From a candidate division WOR-3 bacterium (lineage in GTDB: Bacteria > Hydrothermota > Tepidihabitantia > SM23-42 > JAOAFX01): a stretch of 45,957 nt of DNA. Below the pieces are notes generated by a model, which was not told the origin of the DNA, searched no databases, and was given only the letters and a program-made list of their open reading frames with translations. The translations under genes were made by a program, and so were the position numbers. This document shows, in pieces, positions 29,781 through 39,468 of the stretch; position 1 is the first letter of the stretch; every line of letters begins with the position of its first letter. The stretch is from the NCBI GenBank assembly GCA_037444665.1, contig JBBILZ010000015.1, positions 1-45,957 on the forward strand, in the 5' to 3' direction.

Positions 29781-32700
29781 TCTCTATATATCCCTGTGAT
29801 GTTGAGCCAAAGACTTCGGGCGCATACATCTCCTCTGCCTTTGTTGAAGGAGACAGGAATTTTCCCCTTGTGCCCGCACGCACAAAATAGACCTGGGTAT
29901 GTTCACCCGGGAAGAGTTCCTGGGCAAAGAATAGCACCCTATCATCATAACGCTCTTCATAATCAAAACTGCCCCACCAGTGCCCCTTTTCTTCGTATTG
30001 TGCTTCCCAGTATCGCTCTTGAATCTCACGGGACTCAGTGGCAAATGAGGTCTGCACCGGTTCAAAACCTGCGGGCAAAGGGTCTTCAACGACCGCAAAG
30101 ATTCTCGTCTCAGGCACGACAATGTGGAGCACGATTTTATACACCTCTCCCTTTTTGAATCTCTTTATCTCTTTGCCATCAAGTGTCAGAATCTCCTTCC
30201 ACAGATAGAATCCCTCATCAAAGGCAATCGTATTTTCCTTGAATGCATATGACATTCTTAATGTGTAGTAAAGTCTGCCCGAACCCTGTTTTGATATCTG
30301 TATCGGCAACAGTCTATTCTTCTCAATATCATCAAGGCTGAACATAAATCTCCTTGGTGGCTCATTGGTCCTGCCCTTAAATACCTGTTTCAATATCTCC
30401 TTTTCACCGAGCATTATCCGTGCTACAAAATCAGGTTCTTCTTGTTCAAATTTTCTGTAGTATGTCTGGAAGGCATCAAAGACAAAGGCATTTTCATGGG
30501 TTGTGGGCTTTGTCTTTTTTGCCCGCTCCTGGACAAGCCATTTTATGGTCTGGTCCTTATAGGGAAACTCAATATCAAGTTCAGTGAGGGTCTGAACAAC
30601 AAAACCTGTTACCTTTGCTGGTGATGGGAATGTCCAGCCCCTCAGTTCATCTTCTTCAAAATGGGCAGTCGTTGGTGAGAATTTTATTTTGTTCAAGATT
30701 GACCGCACAAGTTCATTCTCAAATTGTTTACCCAGACCAAAGTTTCTGCCTGCTTTTAATAGCAGGGTCTTGCCAAAGACTGGAATCTGTTCCCTTTTTT
30801 CAAATAATTTTGAGGCATAACCAGCCTCTGAATTCTCATCCCAGATGCTCAATGAATAAAGGCAGAAGGCATTAGTAGTAAGTCTTGCATAAGTGTTATA
30901 AGGATATGTCCAGTCAACATCATCCCAGCGCAGAACCTCTTTTAGGAATTCTTTACCTTTATCAATCATCTTAGTATCAATCTTATATCCAGCACTATGG
31001 GCCCTTTTCAAAACGAACATTGTGTAGGCTGAAAGATAGGGACAGGGATAAATACTCTCTCTAAAATACAAAAATCCACCACTATTAGTTTGATATTGGG
31101 GCACTTCATCAAGAACTTTCTGCACAGTATCCCTCAATTCTTTACCGGTTACTGGTGCAAGTTTAAATTGATTGATGATATCCTCACCAACAATTAAAGG
31201 AAGAATCCTTGATAATCTCTGCTCAAGGCATCCATAAGGATAATCAAGTAAATGCTCAATACCCCTTTTCATCCCAGCAAGGATTGATGAAGAGAGTAAT
31301 ATTTCAAGTCCGCCAGTCTTCTCAAAGATGTTTTCCGGAACAATAATCCCTTCAATTGCTGAATCGGTCGTGTAAGAAAATGTTGCTACCGCCTCAATAA
31401 ATGGTGGTGATTCAACGGGTATCGTGAGTTTTAGTGCATCCTTTTCATTACCCATCTGCGCATTAAATTTGAAGACTGCGTTGCCAGTTTTTTCTGCAAC
31501 AAAATCAAAGAGCACTTCTTTACTACTATTCGGTGCCAATACTACACCTTTTTTATTATCTCCGACAAGTTTCAAACCTTCAATCAGACATTCTATCTTT
31601 GCCCTTTGCTCTTTTTTGGTTCGATTGTGTAGCACGACGCCGGCAGAAAATATATCACCTACCCGGCAGAATCTTGGTATGGAACCCGATACGATGAATG
31701 GCAGATTTACTACAAAGGTGCTTTCTGCAGAACCAAACTTACTATCCCGGGTCTGGGCAACGAGCATAATTCTGAACTTTGTAAGATTATCAGGTAGAAC
31801 AAACTTTACTCTGCCCCTTCCATTCATATCGGTTCTCAAATCACTTTTATAATAGACTGTGGAGATGAATTTTTCCCGATAAGGGATACCTTCACCCGCC
31901 CCACCTCCACCCCGTTCCTCACCCTTTTCACCATAACTCCTTTCACCGAGAATATTCAATCGTGATTCAATAGTTTTAACTGAAAGGGGTCGCGTGCCAT
32001 AAAAATGGTCAAATGGATTGGGTGTTTTGTAGTCTATCAAATTCAAAACACCGAGGTCAACGACAAATAGACTCAATTCGCAGTCTGAAACTGGTTTATT
32101 TTTGTAATCCTTTATCTCATAAAATATTGAAACACTATCTCTGGGTCTGTATTCGTTTTTGTCTGGGTGTGTTTTGACAATAAGATGTTTCTCCTTTGCA
32201 TCAACCCTTAGATTCACATAGCCAATCTTAAATTGCGGTTTTCCTAAGTCTTCCTGTTTTTCTTCATCCCAGGAAAGGTCCTCAACACGACCCCGCAAAA
32301 GCATGACACAGACATAGACATTTGGTAAATCAACAGATTTTATAGGAACTTCAATATAGTCTGCATTACCATGGATTCTCTTAGTAAATTTTCTTAAGAT
32401 CAATTCTCTTTCTAGGGTGATGAGTGCATTTGCTGAATCATAAGGCGATTTTATCAAAATCCGCGCCGTATCACCAACCTGATAAATATCCTTATCTGCC
32501 ACGAGTTCAATGATATCATCGTCACGCATTTCCCAACCAGCATATCCCCTACCTGCTACATAAAAATATACTCTATTAAGAGATTCTCTGCCTTTCTCAT
32601 CTTTGGTCATAGCCTGAATATAATAATAACCAGGTTTATCCGCATTGAATCTAAATACAACAGAATCAAGATTACTTGCTATCTGTTCTTTCTTTAATTC

Positions 32701-35502
32701 GGTTTCACTATACTCAGAAACCCATTCATACCTCCCACCCAATCTTGCCTTTTTTATTGATTTCCATTCTGCCTTTACTATTTTCAATCCAATCTTTTTG
32801 TTGGCAACCTTTTCTCCAGATGGTCTTATGGTAATGAGGCTCAATTCTACTGGTTCGCCAAGGGTGTATAAATATTTTGTAGTTTTCATTCCAATAAGCA
32901 GATTTGATGGAAATAAGAGCCAGTTCTGCCTTCCTGAGATAGTCTGTTTGTTGGGTGCAGTGACCGTTCCTTCAAGGGTGATTGAGACTGGCAACTTAAA
33001 ATCTTTTTTCTGGAGTTTTACTGATACCGGCAAAACCCCTTCGCTATTTAATCTTCCTCGTCCTGAACCAAAAACACCCCTGACCGATTCATCATAACCA
33101 TAAGTGAATTGGTAATCTTTATGCTGCGGGTAATCTATGTAGTAAAAATCTTTATAAAGTGTCCATTGCACAGATGCATCTGACATAGGCATACCAAAGA
33201 GATAACGACCCGAAACCCTTCCTTTGAATGTCTCCCCGGCAAGGAATGTATCCTTTTCCGCAAAACATTTTACCTCAAACTCTGCAGGTCGGTATGCTTC
33301 AACCCGGAATGAATGATAAAAAGAATAGTCCTTGTGTGGCAGGACAATCCGAATTGAATAGTACCCTGTTGGTGCATCATCACTGAGCGGGCAATCTTTG
33401 AAAAATGAACCGAACTGATTTATGTAAATTGTATCATTAACAATAATCTCATCCCGTGAATTTTTTACTATAAAATAGACTTCATTTATATCAGGAAGAA
33501 TCCACACTCCCCTTTTCTTCTTGCGAAGTATACCTTTGATATGCACTGTCTCGCCGCTTCTGTATAATCCCTTTTCTGTGAAAATATAACTATTATATTC
33601 TTCAGAGCGAATATTCCAATTATATGAAATATCAAAACGCCACGGGTCAATACCAAAATCCCACTTGTTTGAATAGACTGCTACATCCTCACCCTTTGCA
33701 ATGGTAAGCCAGAATTTTGGTTCATAATATTCTGTATATGATTCCATCTCATACTCACTCCCGTATTCATAAGTCTCTTTTTGCTGGACCATTCTCAATT
33801 CTGCCCAGCCTGGTAGTTCTAAAAATCCATTTTTATCAGTATAGCCCTGGCTCAAAACCTGGTTTTTATTATCACGAAACTGGACCTGAACATTGGCTAT
33901 TGGTTCGGTATTATTGAGTGAAGTAATCCAGACAAAATTATTTTCTGGTGAGTACTTCCAGGTTACACCAAGGTCATTTATTTCGCAAAATGAACGGAGA
34001 TAACGATGACTTTTATTATCGCCATATTGCCCCATATTATCAAATTCAATAAATATCAATCCTGCATCCTTTTCACCGAGAACTTCTTTTAATTCAATTG
34101 GCAATCTTATCTTTTGATTTCTATATTTTTTGTATGACTCACATCGCCATAATCTTGATACAGTGAATAGCCCAAAAGGATAGTTCAAGATATTCACATA
34201 AGGGTCGAATGTTACTACTTGATTCAAAAATGGAATTGCCTGCTCAAGACTAACCAATCCCATCTTAAGATACACACTATCTACATTAACAAATGTTGCA
34301 GGAAGCCTTAAATCGCTCTTTTTTTCAACAATGTTGATCCCTGTAGGAATTTCAGCAAAGGGCAGATAATCACCAACAGAAAAGTCAAATTCATAATCCT
34401 TATCAAGACTATTACCAAATTTATCTTTTAACACTTTTACAATCTTTATATGATAACTTGAATTTGGTTTAAAGGGAAGGTAAAGATAGATATGATTTGA
34501 GGCATAGGACTCGTTTTTATACCGCTCGGGAATTGAATCAAGTGCCGGGATTATTACGATATTTTTAATAACCTCAGCAGTAGATACTGGATTTGAAAAG
34601 CATAATTCTAAGGGGAAACCTGCAGGCACCTGCTCAGAATGCTTTAAAAGGCTTAAAAAATTATAGGTGTGGAATGAAATTTTGTAATCAAAACTTGTAC
34701 CAAGATTACCTTCTCGGGTGAGCAGACCTGGATAAATAAATACTTCAATCAATGCCTCCTGGGGCAATGGCTTTGCTGGCACAAGAACAAGGGTCTTATT
34801 GTTTTCCCATCCTTGTAATGGCCAGTCTTTTTTTTCACTATCCTGAAGTTGTCTGATGCTAAAAGGGATTTCTTCTCTATAGGTTGATACTGAAGGCTCT
34901 TTAGTCCCGCAATAGACATAAGAAGGGCTACCATGTGTAGCATAGATTTTAATTTTATTACCCACCCTTTCCGGTGCCATCTCTAAATTAAAATAGAGAT
35001 AGAGCACAGATTTTAACCGGACATAGTTTGAGTTATGATAAGGCGAAGAAGATATTATCTGCGGTCTAATACTTTCAAATCTCCAGGTTGTGTCATTTTT
35101 CAGGCGCATACCAGTGAGCGATTGGATTCTGTCTTTTTTTAATGTTGCAATAAATTCTGTCGCAGGCTGGAGTGTATCAGATGGAATAAATGCAAGGGTC
35201 CTTGAGCCGAACCAGCGATATTTACCTTTGATTGGTGGATTGAATTCTAATGGGCCTTCTGTCTCATCACGGGGGATTGCCTGTAATGGCACCATTGCCT
35301 GATTAAAACCGACAAGAACCTTAAAGGTCTCAAGTTCACCTTCAACCGAGCCGACCGGCGAGATATGGGTAACTTCTAATGGAATCTTTTCACCCTGAAG
35401 GGTAAACTGGGTCGTTATATCAATAGTCTTTTTCTCGGGTTTACGACAGGTAAAAAAAATACTACAAAAAATTGTGGTAAAAATAAAAAATTTTTTAATC
35501 AT
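29770..35502 (-). CDS. Bacterial alpha-2-macroglobulin, probable lipoprotein
   Basis: Signal ending FFTC, Ig-like N-terminus, YRSGETV, FRVEAYRP, LPDNLT, thioester YPYGCLEQ, DPLPAGFE, EEMYAPE; GGAGG favours ATG 35502. Confidence 0.95.
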   Translation of the reverse strand: MIKKFFIFTTIFCSIFFTCRKPEKKTIDITTQFTLQGEKIPLEVTHISPVGSVEGELETFKVLVGFNQAMVPLQAIPRDETEGPLEFNPPIKGKYRWFGSRTLAFIPSDTLQPATEFIATLKKDRIQSLTGMRLKNDTTWRFESIRPQIISSSPYHNSNYVRLKSVLYLYFNLEMAPERVGNKIKIYATHGSPSYVYCGTKEPSVSTYREEIPFSIRQLQDSEKKDWPLQGWENNKTLVLVPAKPLPQEALIEVFIYPGLLTREGNLGTSFDYKISFHTYNFLSLLKHSEQVPAGFPLELCFSNPVSTAEVIKNIVIIPALDSIPERYKNESYASNHIYLYLPFKPNSSYHIKIVKVLKDKFGNSLDKDYEFDFSVGDYLPFAEIPTGINIVEKKSDLRLPATFVNVDSVYLKMGLVSLEQAIPFLNQVVTFDPYVNILNYPFGLFTVSRLWRCESYKKYRNQKIRLPIELKEVLGEKDAGLIFIEFDNMGQYGDNKSHRYLRSFCEINDLGVTWKYSPENNFVWITSLNNTEPIANVQVQFRDNKNQVLSQGYTDKNGFLELPGWAELRMVQQKETYEYGSEYEMESYTEYYEPKFWLTIAKGEDVAVYSNKWDFGIDPWRFDISYNWNIRSEEYNSYIFTEKGLYRSGETVHIKGILRKKKRGVWILPDINEVYFIVKNSRDEIIVNDTIYINQFGSFFKDCPLSDDAPTGYYSIRIVLPHKDYSFYHSFRVEAYRPAEFEVKCFAEKDTFLAGETFKGRVSGRYLFGMPMSDASVQWTLYKDFYYIDYPQHKDYQFTYGYDESVRGVFGSGRGRLNSEGVLPVSVKLQKKDFKLPVSITLEGTVTAPNKQTISGRQNWLLFPSNLLIGMKTTKYLYTLGEPVELSLITIRPSGEKVANKKIGLKIVKAEWKSIKKARLGGRYEWVSEYSETELKKEQIASNLDSVVFRFNADKPGYYYIQAMTKDEKGRESLNRVYFYVAGRGYAGWEMRDDDIIELVADKDIYQVGDTARILIKSPYDSANALITLERELILRKFTKRIHGNADYIEVPIKSVDLPNVYVCVMLLRGRVEDLSWDEEKQEDLGKPQFKIGYVNLRVDAKEKHLIVKTHPDKNEYRPRDSVSIFYEIKDYKNKPVSDCELSLFVVDLGVLNLIDYKTPNPFDHFYGTRPLSVKTIESRLNILGERSYGEKGEERGGGGAGEGIPYREKFISTVYYKSDLRTDMNGRGRVKFVLPDNLTKFRIMLVAQTRDSKFGSAESTFVVNLPFIVSGSIPRFCRVGDIFSAGVVLHNRTKKEQRAKIECLIEGLKLVGDNKKGVVLAPNSSKEVLFDFVAEKTGNAVFKFNAQMGNEKDALKLTIPVESPPFIEAVATFSYTTDSAIEGIIVPENIFEKTGGLEILLSSSILAGMKRGIEHLLDYPYGCLEQRLSRILPLIVGEDIINQFKLAPVTGKELRDTVQKVLDEVPQYQTNSGGFLYFRESIYPCPYLSAYTMFVLKRAHSAGYKIDTKMIDKGKEFLKEVLRWDDVDWTYPYNTYARLTTNAFCLYSLSIWDENSEAGYASKLFEKREQIPVFGKTLLLKAGRNFGLGKQFENELVRSILNKIKFSPTTAHFEEDELRGWTFPSPAKVTGFVVQTLTELDIEFPYKDQTIKWLVQERAKKTKPTTHENAFVFDAFQTYYRKFEQEEPDFVARIMLGEKEILKQVFKGRTNEPPRRFMFSLDDIEKNRLLPIQISKQGSGRLYYTLRMSYAFKENTIAFDEGFYLWKEILTLDGKEIKRFKKGEVYKIVLHIVVPETRIFAVVEDPLPAGFEPVQTSFATESREIQERYWEAQYEEKGHWWGSFDYEERYDDRVLFFAQELFPGEHTQVYFVRAGTRGKFLSPSTKAEEMYAPEVFGSTSQGYIEIGD

Positions 35503-35510
35503 CATAACCT

Positions 35511-35537
35511 CCATTCAACCATCAAACCATCCAACCA
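35511..35537. repeat. Short tandem octamer repeat
   Basis: CCATTCAA-CCATCAAA-CCATCCAA-CCA. Confidence 0.55.
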
Positions 35538-35562
35538 AATGGCGATTTGACCAGATTCTTTT

Positions 35563-35994
35563 CTATGTCTCTGCCTGGCTGCCCAATTTTACATCTTTGA
35601 CTGCACTGGCAACAACATAGATACGAATATTATTGCTATCAGGGTCAGCAGGCGTAATAAAAAATCCTTTTCTCGTTTTATTATAACCCATTGTTGCTCC
35701 ATATATTACCTCGTTATCAAGAAAAGTTACCTTGATCTTCATACCCCGGAAAGTAACAGGGTTAACCTTGGTAAATCCTTTAGATTCTGTGTAATCTTTT
35801 TTGCCTTCATAGGATTTTACAAAGAATATTGCCTTCAGTAATTCGGTGCCAATCTCTTCTATTTTACCATCTTGATGGATAAGATGGAATTGAGGTTTTT
35901 CTGGAACAAAATCATGGGTAATGCCTTTTACGACATTACCATTTTTGTAATGCAAAACTATGCGATTTGCTTCGGCTGATGTTTTGTTTTCCAT
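35563..35994 (-). CDS. Conserved hypothetical protein with two similar beta-rich halves (possibly DUF6982-like)
   Basis: IVLHYKNGNVVKG / IKVTFLDNEVIYG; GFFITPADPDSNNIRIYV. Confidence 0.65.
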   Translation of the reverse strand: MENKTSAEANRIVLHYKNGNVVKGITHDFVPEKPQFHLIHQDGKIEEIGTELLKAIFFVKSYEGKKDYTESKGFTKVNPVTFRGMKIKVTFLDNEVIYGATMGYNKTRKGFFITPADPDSNNIRIYVVASAVKDVKLGSQAET

Positions 35995-35999
35995 AGAAT

Positions 36000-36027
36000 A
36001 TTATATATATAAATTTTAGGAAATCAA
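36000..36027 (-). promoter_or_regulatory. sigma70-type promoter, leaderless start
   Basis: TTGATT-N16-TATAAT; ATG 5 nt after the -10. Confidence 0.6.
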
Positions 36028-36528
36028 GCGGCTAATTCTTTCCCATAATTGTCTGAAAAATTCAATTGCCTGTGGGTCTCTTATGCCTGGTGACAGGATA
36101 TATTTGCCAAATCCAAACTGACACAGCACATACCAGCCAAAAGCAATCTGACCAATAGCAATATAACCTGTGGCGAATTGTCCTAAACCAAAAAGTATAC
36201 CAATGGCAAACTGTGCAAATGTGGTAAGACCCAATATAAACTGCCCAAAGCCAAACAATATGCCAACACCAAATTGGGCAATGGTTATTAAACCAATACC
36301 AAATTGACCAATAGCAATAATACCTCTGGCAACCCGTAATTTACCCCTGGCATCTCTACCAATGGCAATGTGAATAAGTGGATAACCATAGATTGTTATT
36401 TTTGATTTCCATTCAAAACCGGAGCCATAGTACTCTTTTTTTGCAGGATATGGAGCACCGCAGTGCGGACAAATAGTTGCTTCATCACTGACATCTCTAT
36501 TACACTCCCGACACTGAATTATTGCCAT
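36016..36528 (-). CDS. Zinc-ribbon protein with Gly-rich hydrophobic repeats
   Basis: CREC...CPHCG followed by repeated IAIGQF/FGFGQF units. Confidence 0.8.
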   Translation of the reverse strand: MAIIQCRECNRDVSDEATICPHCGAPYPAKKEYYGSGFEWKSKITIYGYPLIHIAIGRDARGKLRVARGIIAIGQFGIGLITIAQFGVGILFGFGQFILGLTTFAQFAIGILFGLGQFATGYIAIGQIAFGWYVLCQFGFGKYILSPGIRDPQAIEFFRQLWERISRLIS

Positions 36529-36536
36529 AACTGTAG

Positions 36537-36564
36537 ATTATATCCATAATTTCCTGATGGTCAA
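36537..36564 (-). promoter_or_regulatory. sigma70-type promoter, near-leaderless start
   Basis: TTGACC-N16-TATAAT; ATG 8 nt after the -10. Confidence 0.7.
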
Positions 36565-36576
36565 GAACATTAAAAT

Positions 36577-36627
36577 TAAAAATGCCTAAAAGTCCAAAAT
36601 ACCTAAACGCCTAAATGCCTAAAAATT
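36577..36627. repeat. Tandem AATGCCTA-like octamer repeat
   Basis: AATGCCTA AAAGTCCA A AATACCTA AACGCCTA AATGCCTA. Confidence 0.7.
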
Positions 36628-36782
36628 CTATCCAGCCATTCGCATTTATTTCCTCCAATTGTTCTCTCTTAATGCCCCTTGGTACTCTTAACGATAGCCC
36701 AAACGCATTTCTAAACCGTAGAACGAAAGATGATTAACAGAATGGTCTATGGTTATAGGGCATGGACGCTGGTTTTCAGCTC

Positions 36783-36810
36783 TTGACATTTTATAAATTT
36801 TATATATAAT
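36783..36810 (+). promoter_or_regulatory. sigma70-type promoter
   Basis: TTGACA-N16-TATAAT followed by an AGGAG RBS. Confidence 0.8.
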
Positions 36811-36830
36811 GTAAGGCGAAAGGAGAATTT

Positions 36831-37436
36831 ATGAAAAAATTACTTGTGTTCGTACCCATTGCACTTCTTATCATTGGTTGCGGTGGTGGTGAGAAAAACT
36901 ATTATCCATTGACTGAAGGAAATACCTGGAATTACAGAACTATTACTAATGTAACTATGCCTGATACTACAATATCCGATACAGGTAGTGTGAAGACAGA
37001 AATAACCGTTAAAACAACCCTTAATAATGGCACTGAAGTATATGAACAAATTATGACAATGGACGGAACTGCTGATACTTCTTATGTACAGGATACCGAT
37101 GACTACATTCTTTCTTACGAGGATAAGGCAGATACTGAACCCGATACTATGGTTGCATTGCCACTTGAAGAAGGAAAGACCTGGACCGTTCTCAAAGATT
37201 CAGCATATACTGAAACAGGAAAGGCAATCGGCAAAGAGAGTGTAACTGTTCCTGCAGGAACTTATGATGATTGCTGGAAAATTGCATATATTTATGCAGA
37301 CAGTGCCTTCAGCGAAACATCATTTGTATATCTGGCACCTGATATAGGTATGGTAAAAGTCTATGAATCAATGGAAATTGACACCAATATGACCAGTGAA
37401 TTTACAATGGAACTTGAGAGCGTAACCATAAAATAA
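36831..37436 (+). CDS. Acidic lipoprotein of unknown function
   Basis: Lipobox LIIGC, YYPL..GNTW.Y, ESVTVPAGTYDDC, LAPDIGMVK. Confidence 0.8.
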   Translation: MKKLLVFVPIALLIIGCGGGEKNYYPLTEGNTWNYRTITNVTMPDTTISDTGSVKTEITVKTTLNNGTEVYEQIMTMDGTADTSYVQDTDDYILSYEDKADTEPDTMVALPLEEGKTWTVLKDSAYTETGKAIGKESVTVPAGTYDDCWKIAYIYADSAFSETSFVYLAPDIGMVKVYESMEIDTNMTSEFTMELESVTIK

Positions 37437-37450
37437 GAAGCAGTCATTTT

Positions 37451-37483
37451 AAAAAAAGGGGGCTTTTTAGCCCCCTTTTTTTT
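37451..37483 (+). terminator. Intrinsic (potentially bidirectional) terminator
   Basis: A7-GGGGGCT-TTTT-AGCCCCC-T8. Confidence 0.9.
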
Positions 37484-37489
37484 CAGGTA

Positions 37490-37517
37490 TTGACCAGTAA
37501 TGCGAATTGATTATAAT
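37490..37517 (+). promoter_or_regulatory. sigma70-type promoter, leaderless start
   Basis: TTGACC-N16-TATAAT; in-frame ATG 37524 lies 6 nt after the -10. Confidence 0.7.
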
Positions 37518-37523
37518 GAATTT

Positions 37524-38000
37524 ATGAATGAGCTGGTAAAATGCGCGGGCAGGTTATTATCAAAAAAAAGGCTCAGTTTAAGTGTTTGTGAGTCCTGTAC
37601 TGGTGGTATGTTGGGTAGTATGATTACAAGCATTCCCGGAAGTTCAAAATATTTTAAGGGCGGCATAATCGCCTATTCAAACGAGGTCAAAAAAAATCTG
37701 GTTGGAGTCAAAGAGCATACCCTGAAAACATCTGGAGCAGTAAGTGAGCAGACTGCCCGACAAATGGCACAGGCTACACGCACAATCATTAAATCAAGTA
37801 TTTCCATTTCAATAACAGGCATTGCCGGACCTGAAGGCGGAACAAAAGAAAAACCTGTTGGCACTGTATTTATTGGTATCACAGATAATAAAAAGATCAA
37901 AGTATATAAATTCCATTTCAAAGGGAACCGGAACCAGATAAGAAAAAAGGTTTGTACCCAAGCATTGAAATTATTAATTGATTTTATTGAAGGAGCTTAA
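37524..38000 (+). CDS. CinA C-terminal domain protein (PncC-like NMN deamidase)
   Basis: ESCTGG, PGSSKYF, YSNEVK, GAVS, TGIAGP.GG...KPVGTV; ATG 37500 falls inside the promoter so 37524 is preferred. Confidence 0.92.
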   Translation: MNELVKCAGRLLSKKRLSLSVCESCTGGMLGSMITSIPGSSKYFKGGIIAYSNEVKKNLVGVKEHTLKTSGAVSEQTARQMAQATRTIIKSSISISITGIAGPEGGTKEKPVGTVFIGITDNKKIKVYKFHFKGNRNQIRKKVCTQALKLLIDFIEGA

Positions 38001-38551
38001 TGAGAACATTTATCGCAATAGAAATTCCAGACGTTCAAAAAAAGATTGTCTGGAACTCTATCCAGGAATTTAAAAAACTAAACCTTCCAGTAAAATGGGT
38101 AGCGTATGAAAATCTTCATATCACCCTAAAATTTCTTGGCGAGATTGAGGAAAAGAAATTGACTCAAATTTTACCAGTGCTATCATCAATCAGTAATAGC
38201 ACAAAATCGTTCACAATGCAATTAGAAAGCTTTGGCTGTTTCCCTGGTATAAAAAACCCCAGAGTATTGTGGACAGGGGTAAGCCAGGGCACTGATGAAA
38301 TTATCTTGCTCGCTGAACTACTTGAGAATGAACTGGTAAAATTCGGTTTTAAAAAAGAAGGCAAAAAATTTCATCCCCATCTAACCATTGGTAGAATAAG
38401 GACTCTTTGTAAAGTTGATGACATTATCAACACAGCCATAAAAACCGAGCCATTTACTGTCAACGAATTCATCCTTTTTAAATCCACACTACTATCTTCA
38501 GGTCCGGTTTACGAGAAAATAAAGACATTTCCCCTGACCTGCTCTGTTTAA
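38000..38551 (+). CDS. thpR: RNA 2',3'-cyclic phosphodiesterase (2H phosphoesterase)
   Basis: MRTFIA, LHITLKFLG, PRVLW, FHPHLTIGR, S.L...GP.Y. Confidence 0.93.
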   Translation: MRTFIAIEIPDVQKKIVWNSIQEFKKLNLPVKWVAYENLHITLKFLGEIEEKKLTQILPVLSSISNSTKSFTMQLESFGCFPGIKNPRVLWTGVSQGTDEIILLAELLENELVKFGFKKEGKKFHPHLTIGRIRTLCKVDDIINTAIKTEPFTVNEFILFKSTLLSSGPVYEKIKTFPLTCSV

Positions 38552-38608
38552 AAAAGATTACTATCTTATCATGCCGAATATAAAAGAAGATGTCTGTCTG
38601 TCGTTTTA

Positions 38609-39466
38609 TTATTCTGAAGGTCGTTCTGGAATTACCCTTATACCCCGTTTTGAACCTGGCGTATTATCAAAAACTTCAACTATATAAAATAATAATAATG
38701 GAAATACCCGTGGAAACTTACCATGCATATATTCATGCGCAAGATTTACAAATTCTAACAACTTTTTTTCATGGGGTAAAGCAGTATCATCCTCAGGATG
38801 GACAATACGGGCAATGGTTCTCAATTCATAGGTTGGAATATCCATAAACACTATAGTTGCAATGGGATTCTCCATTATATTTAAAAATGTGTGTGTTTCA
38901 AATTCCGGGGTTGTATACAATTCAAGTGAGGTCTGTTTACGAAAATCAAAAAAATCCTGTTTTTCATATAACGATTTGAGCACATCCATCTTCTCGGGCA
39001 TGGATTTATCATAGGTATTCTTAAGGAGGTCAATCGCCTCATCAAGTTTATCGTCCCGTGGTGCAAGTCCAGTTCCTTTTACTGCGTTGTTTAAAGTAAA
39101 AAGAGAATCAAGCCTGCGCAGTCCATAAGTTGCTACAACGCCAGAATGGGGTCCGCCGAGCTCTGGCATCTTTCCGGTTTTAATATCTTCAATAAATTCA
39201 ACCCGTCTTTTCAAATTCCATTCAACAAAATCCTTATCAGGCTCAGCGATAGAAAATATCTGCCATTTACCGTCAATGCGGGCACGAATCTTTCCTAAAC
39301 CATAGAGCGACATATCAACGGTTTTCTGAATGAATTTTTTATTCTGCCAGAAATCTTTTTTTGCGTGTTCCCATTTTCCTGCCCATAATAATCTGGGCAA
39401 ATCTTTTAGTGTTAAAAATAGGGCACCAATAACCCCTAATGATTTCAAAAATTTTCTTCTTGTCAT
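38609..39466 (-). CDS. Twin-arginine exported hypothetical protein, possibly PNPOx/FMN split-barrel-like
   Basis: TRRKFLK plus h-region; HTFLNIMENPIATIVF motif. Confidence 0.6.
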   Translation of the reverse strand: MTRRKFLKSLGVIGALFLTLKDLPRLLWAGKWEHAKKDFWQNKKFIQKTVDMSLYGLGKIRARIDGKWQIFSIAEPDKDFVEWNLKRRVEFIEDIKTGKMPELGGPHSGVVATYGLRRLDSLFTLNNAVKGTGLAPRDDKLDEAIDLLKNTYDKSMPEKMDVLKSLYEKQDFFDFRKQTSLELYTTPEFETHTFLNIMENPIATIVFMDIPTYELRTIARIVHPEDDTALPHEKKLLEFVNLAHEYMHGKFPRVFPLLLFYIVEVFDNTPGSKRGIRVIPERPSE

Positions 39467-39468
39467 CT

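Noticed and set aside
29784..35302. Opposite-strand and alternative-frame ORFs within the macroglobulin and other long genes
   Set aside because: Shadow ORFs without motifs, fully inside well-supported CDSs.
36630..36780. Possible gene remnant or ncRNA in the divergent intergenic region
   Set aside because: No convincing ORF, stable stem or recognisable motif.
37524..38551. Absence of recA after cinA-thpR
   Set aside because: Gene order is commonly variable; not informative alone.
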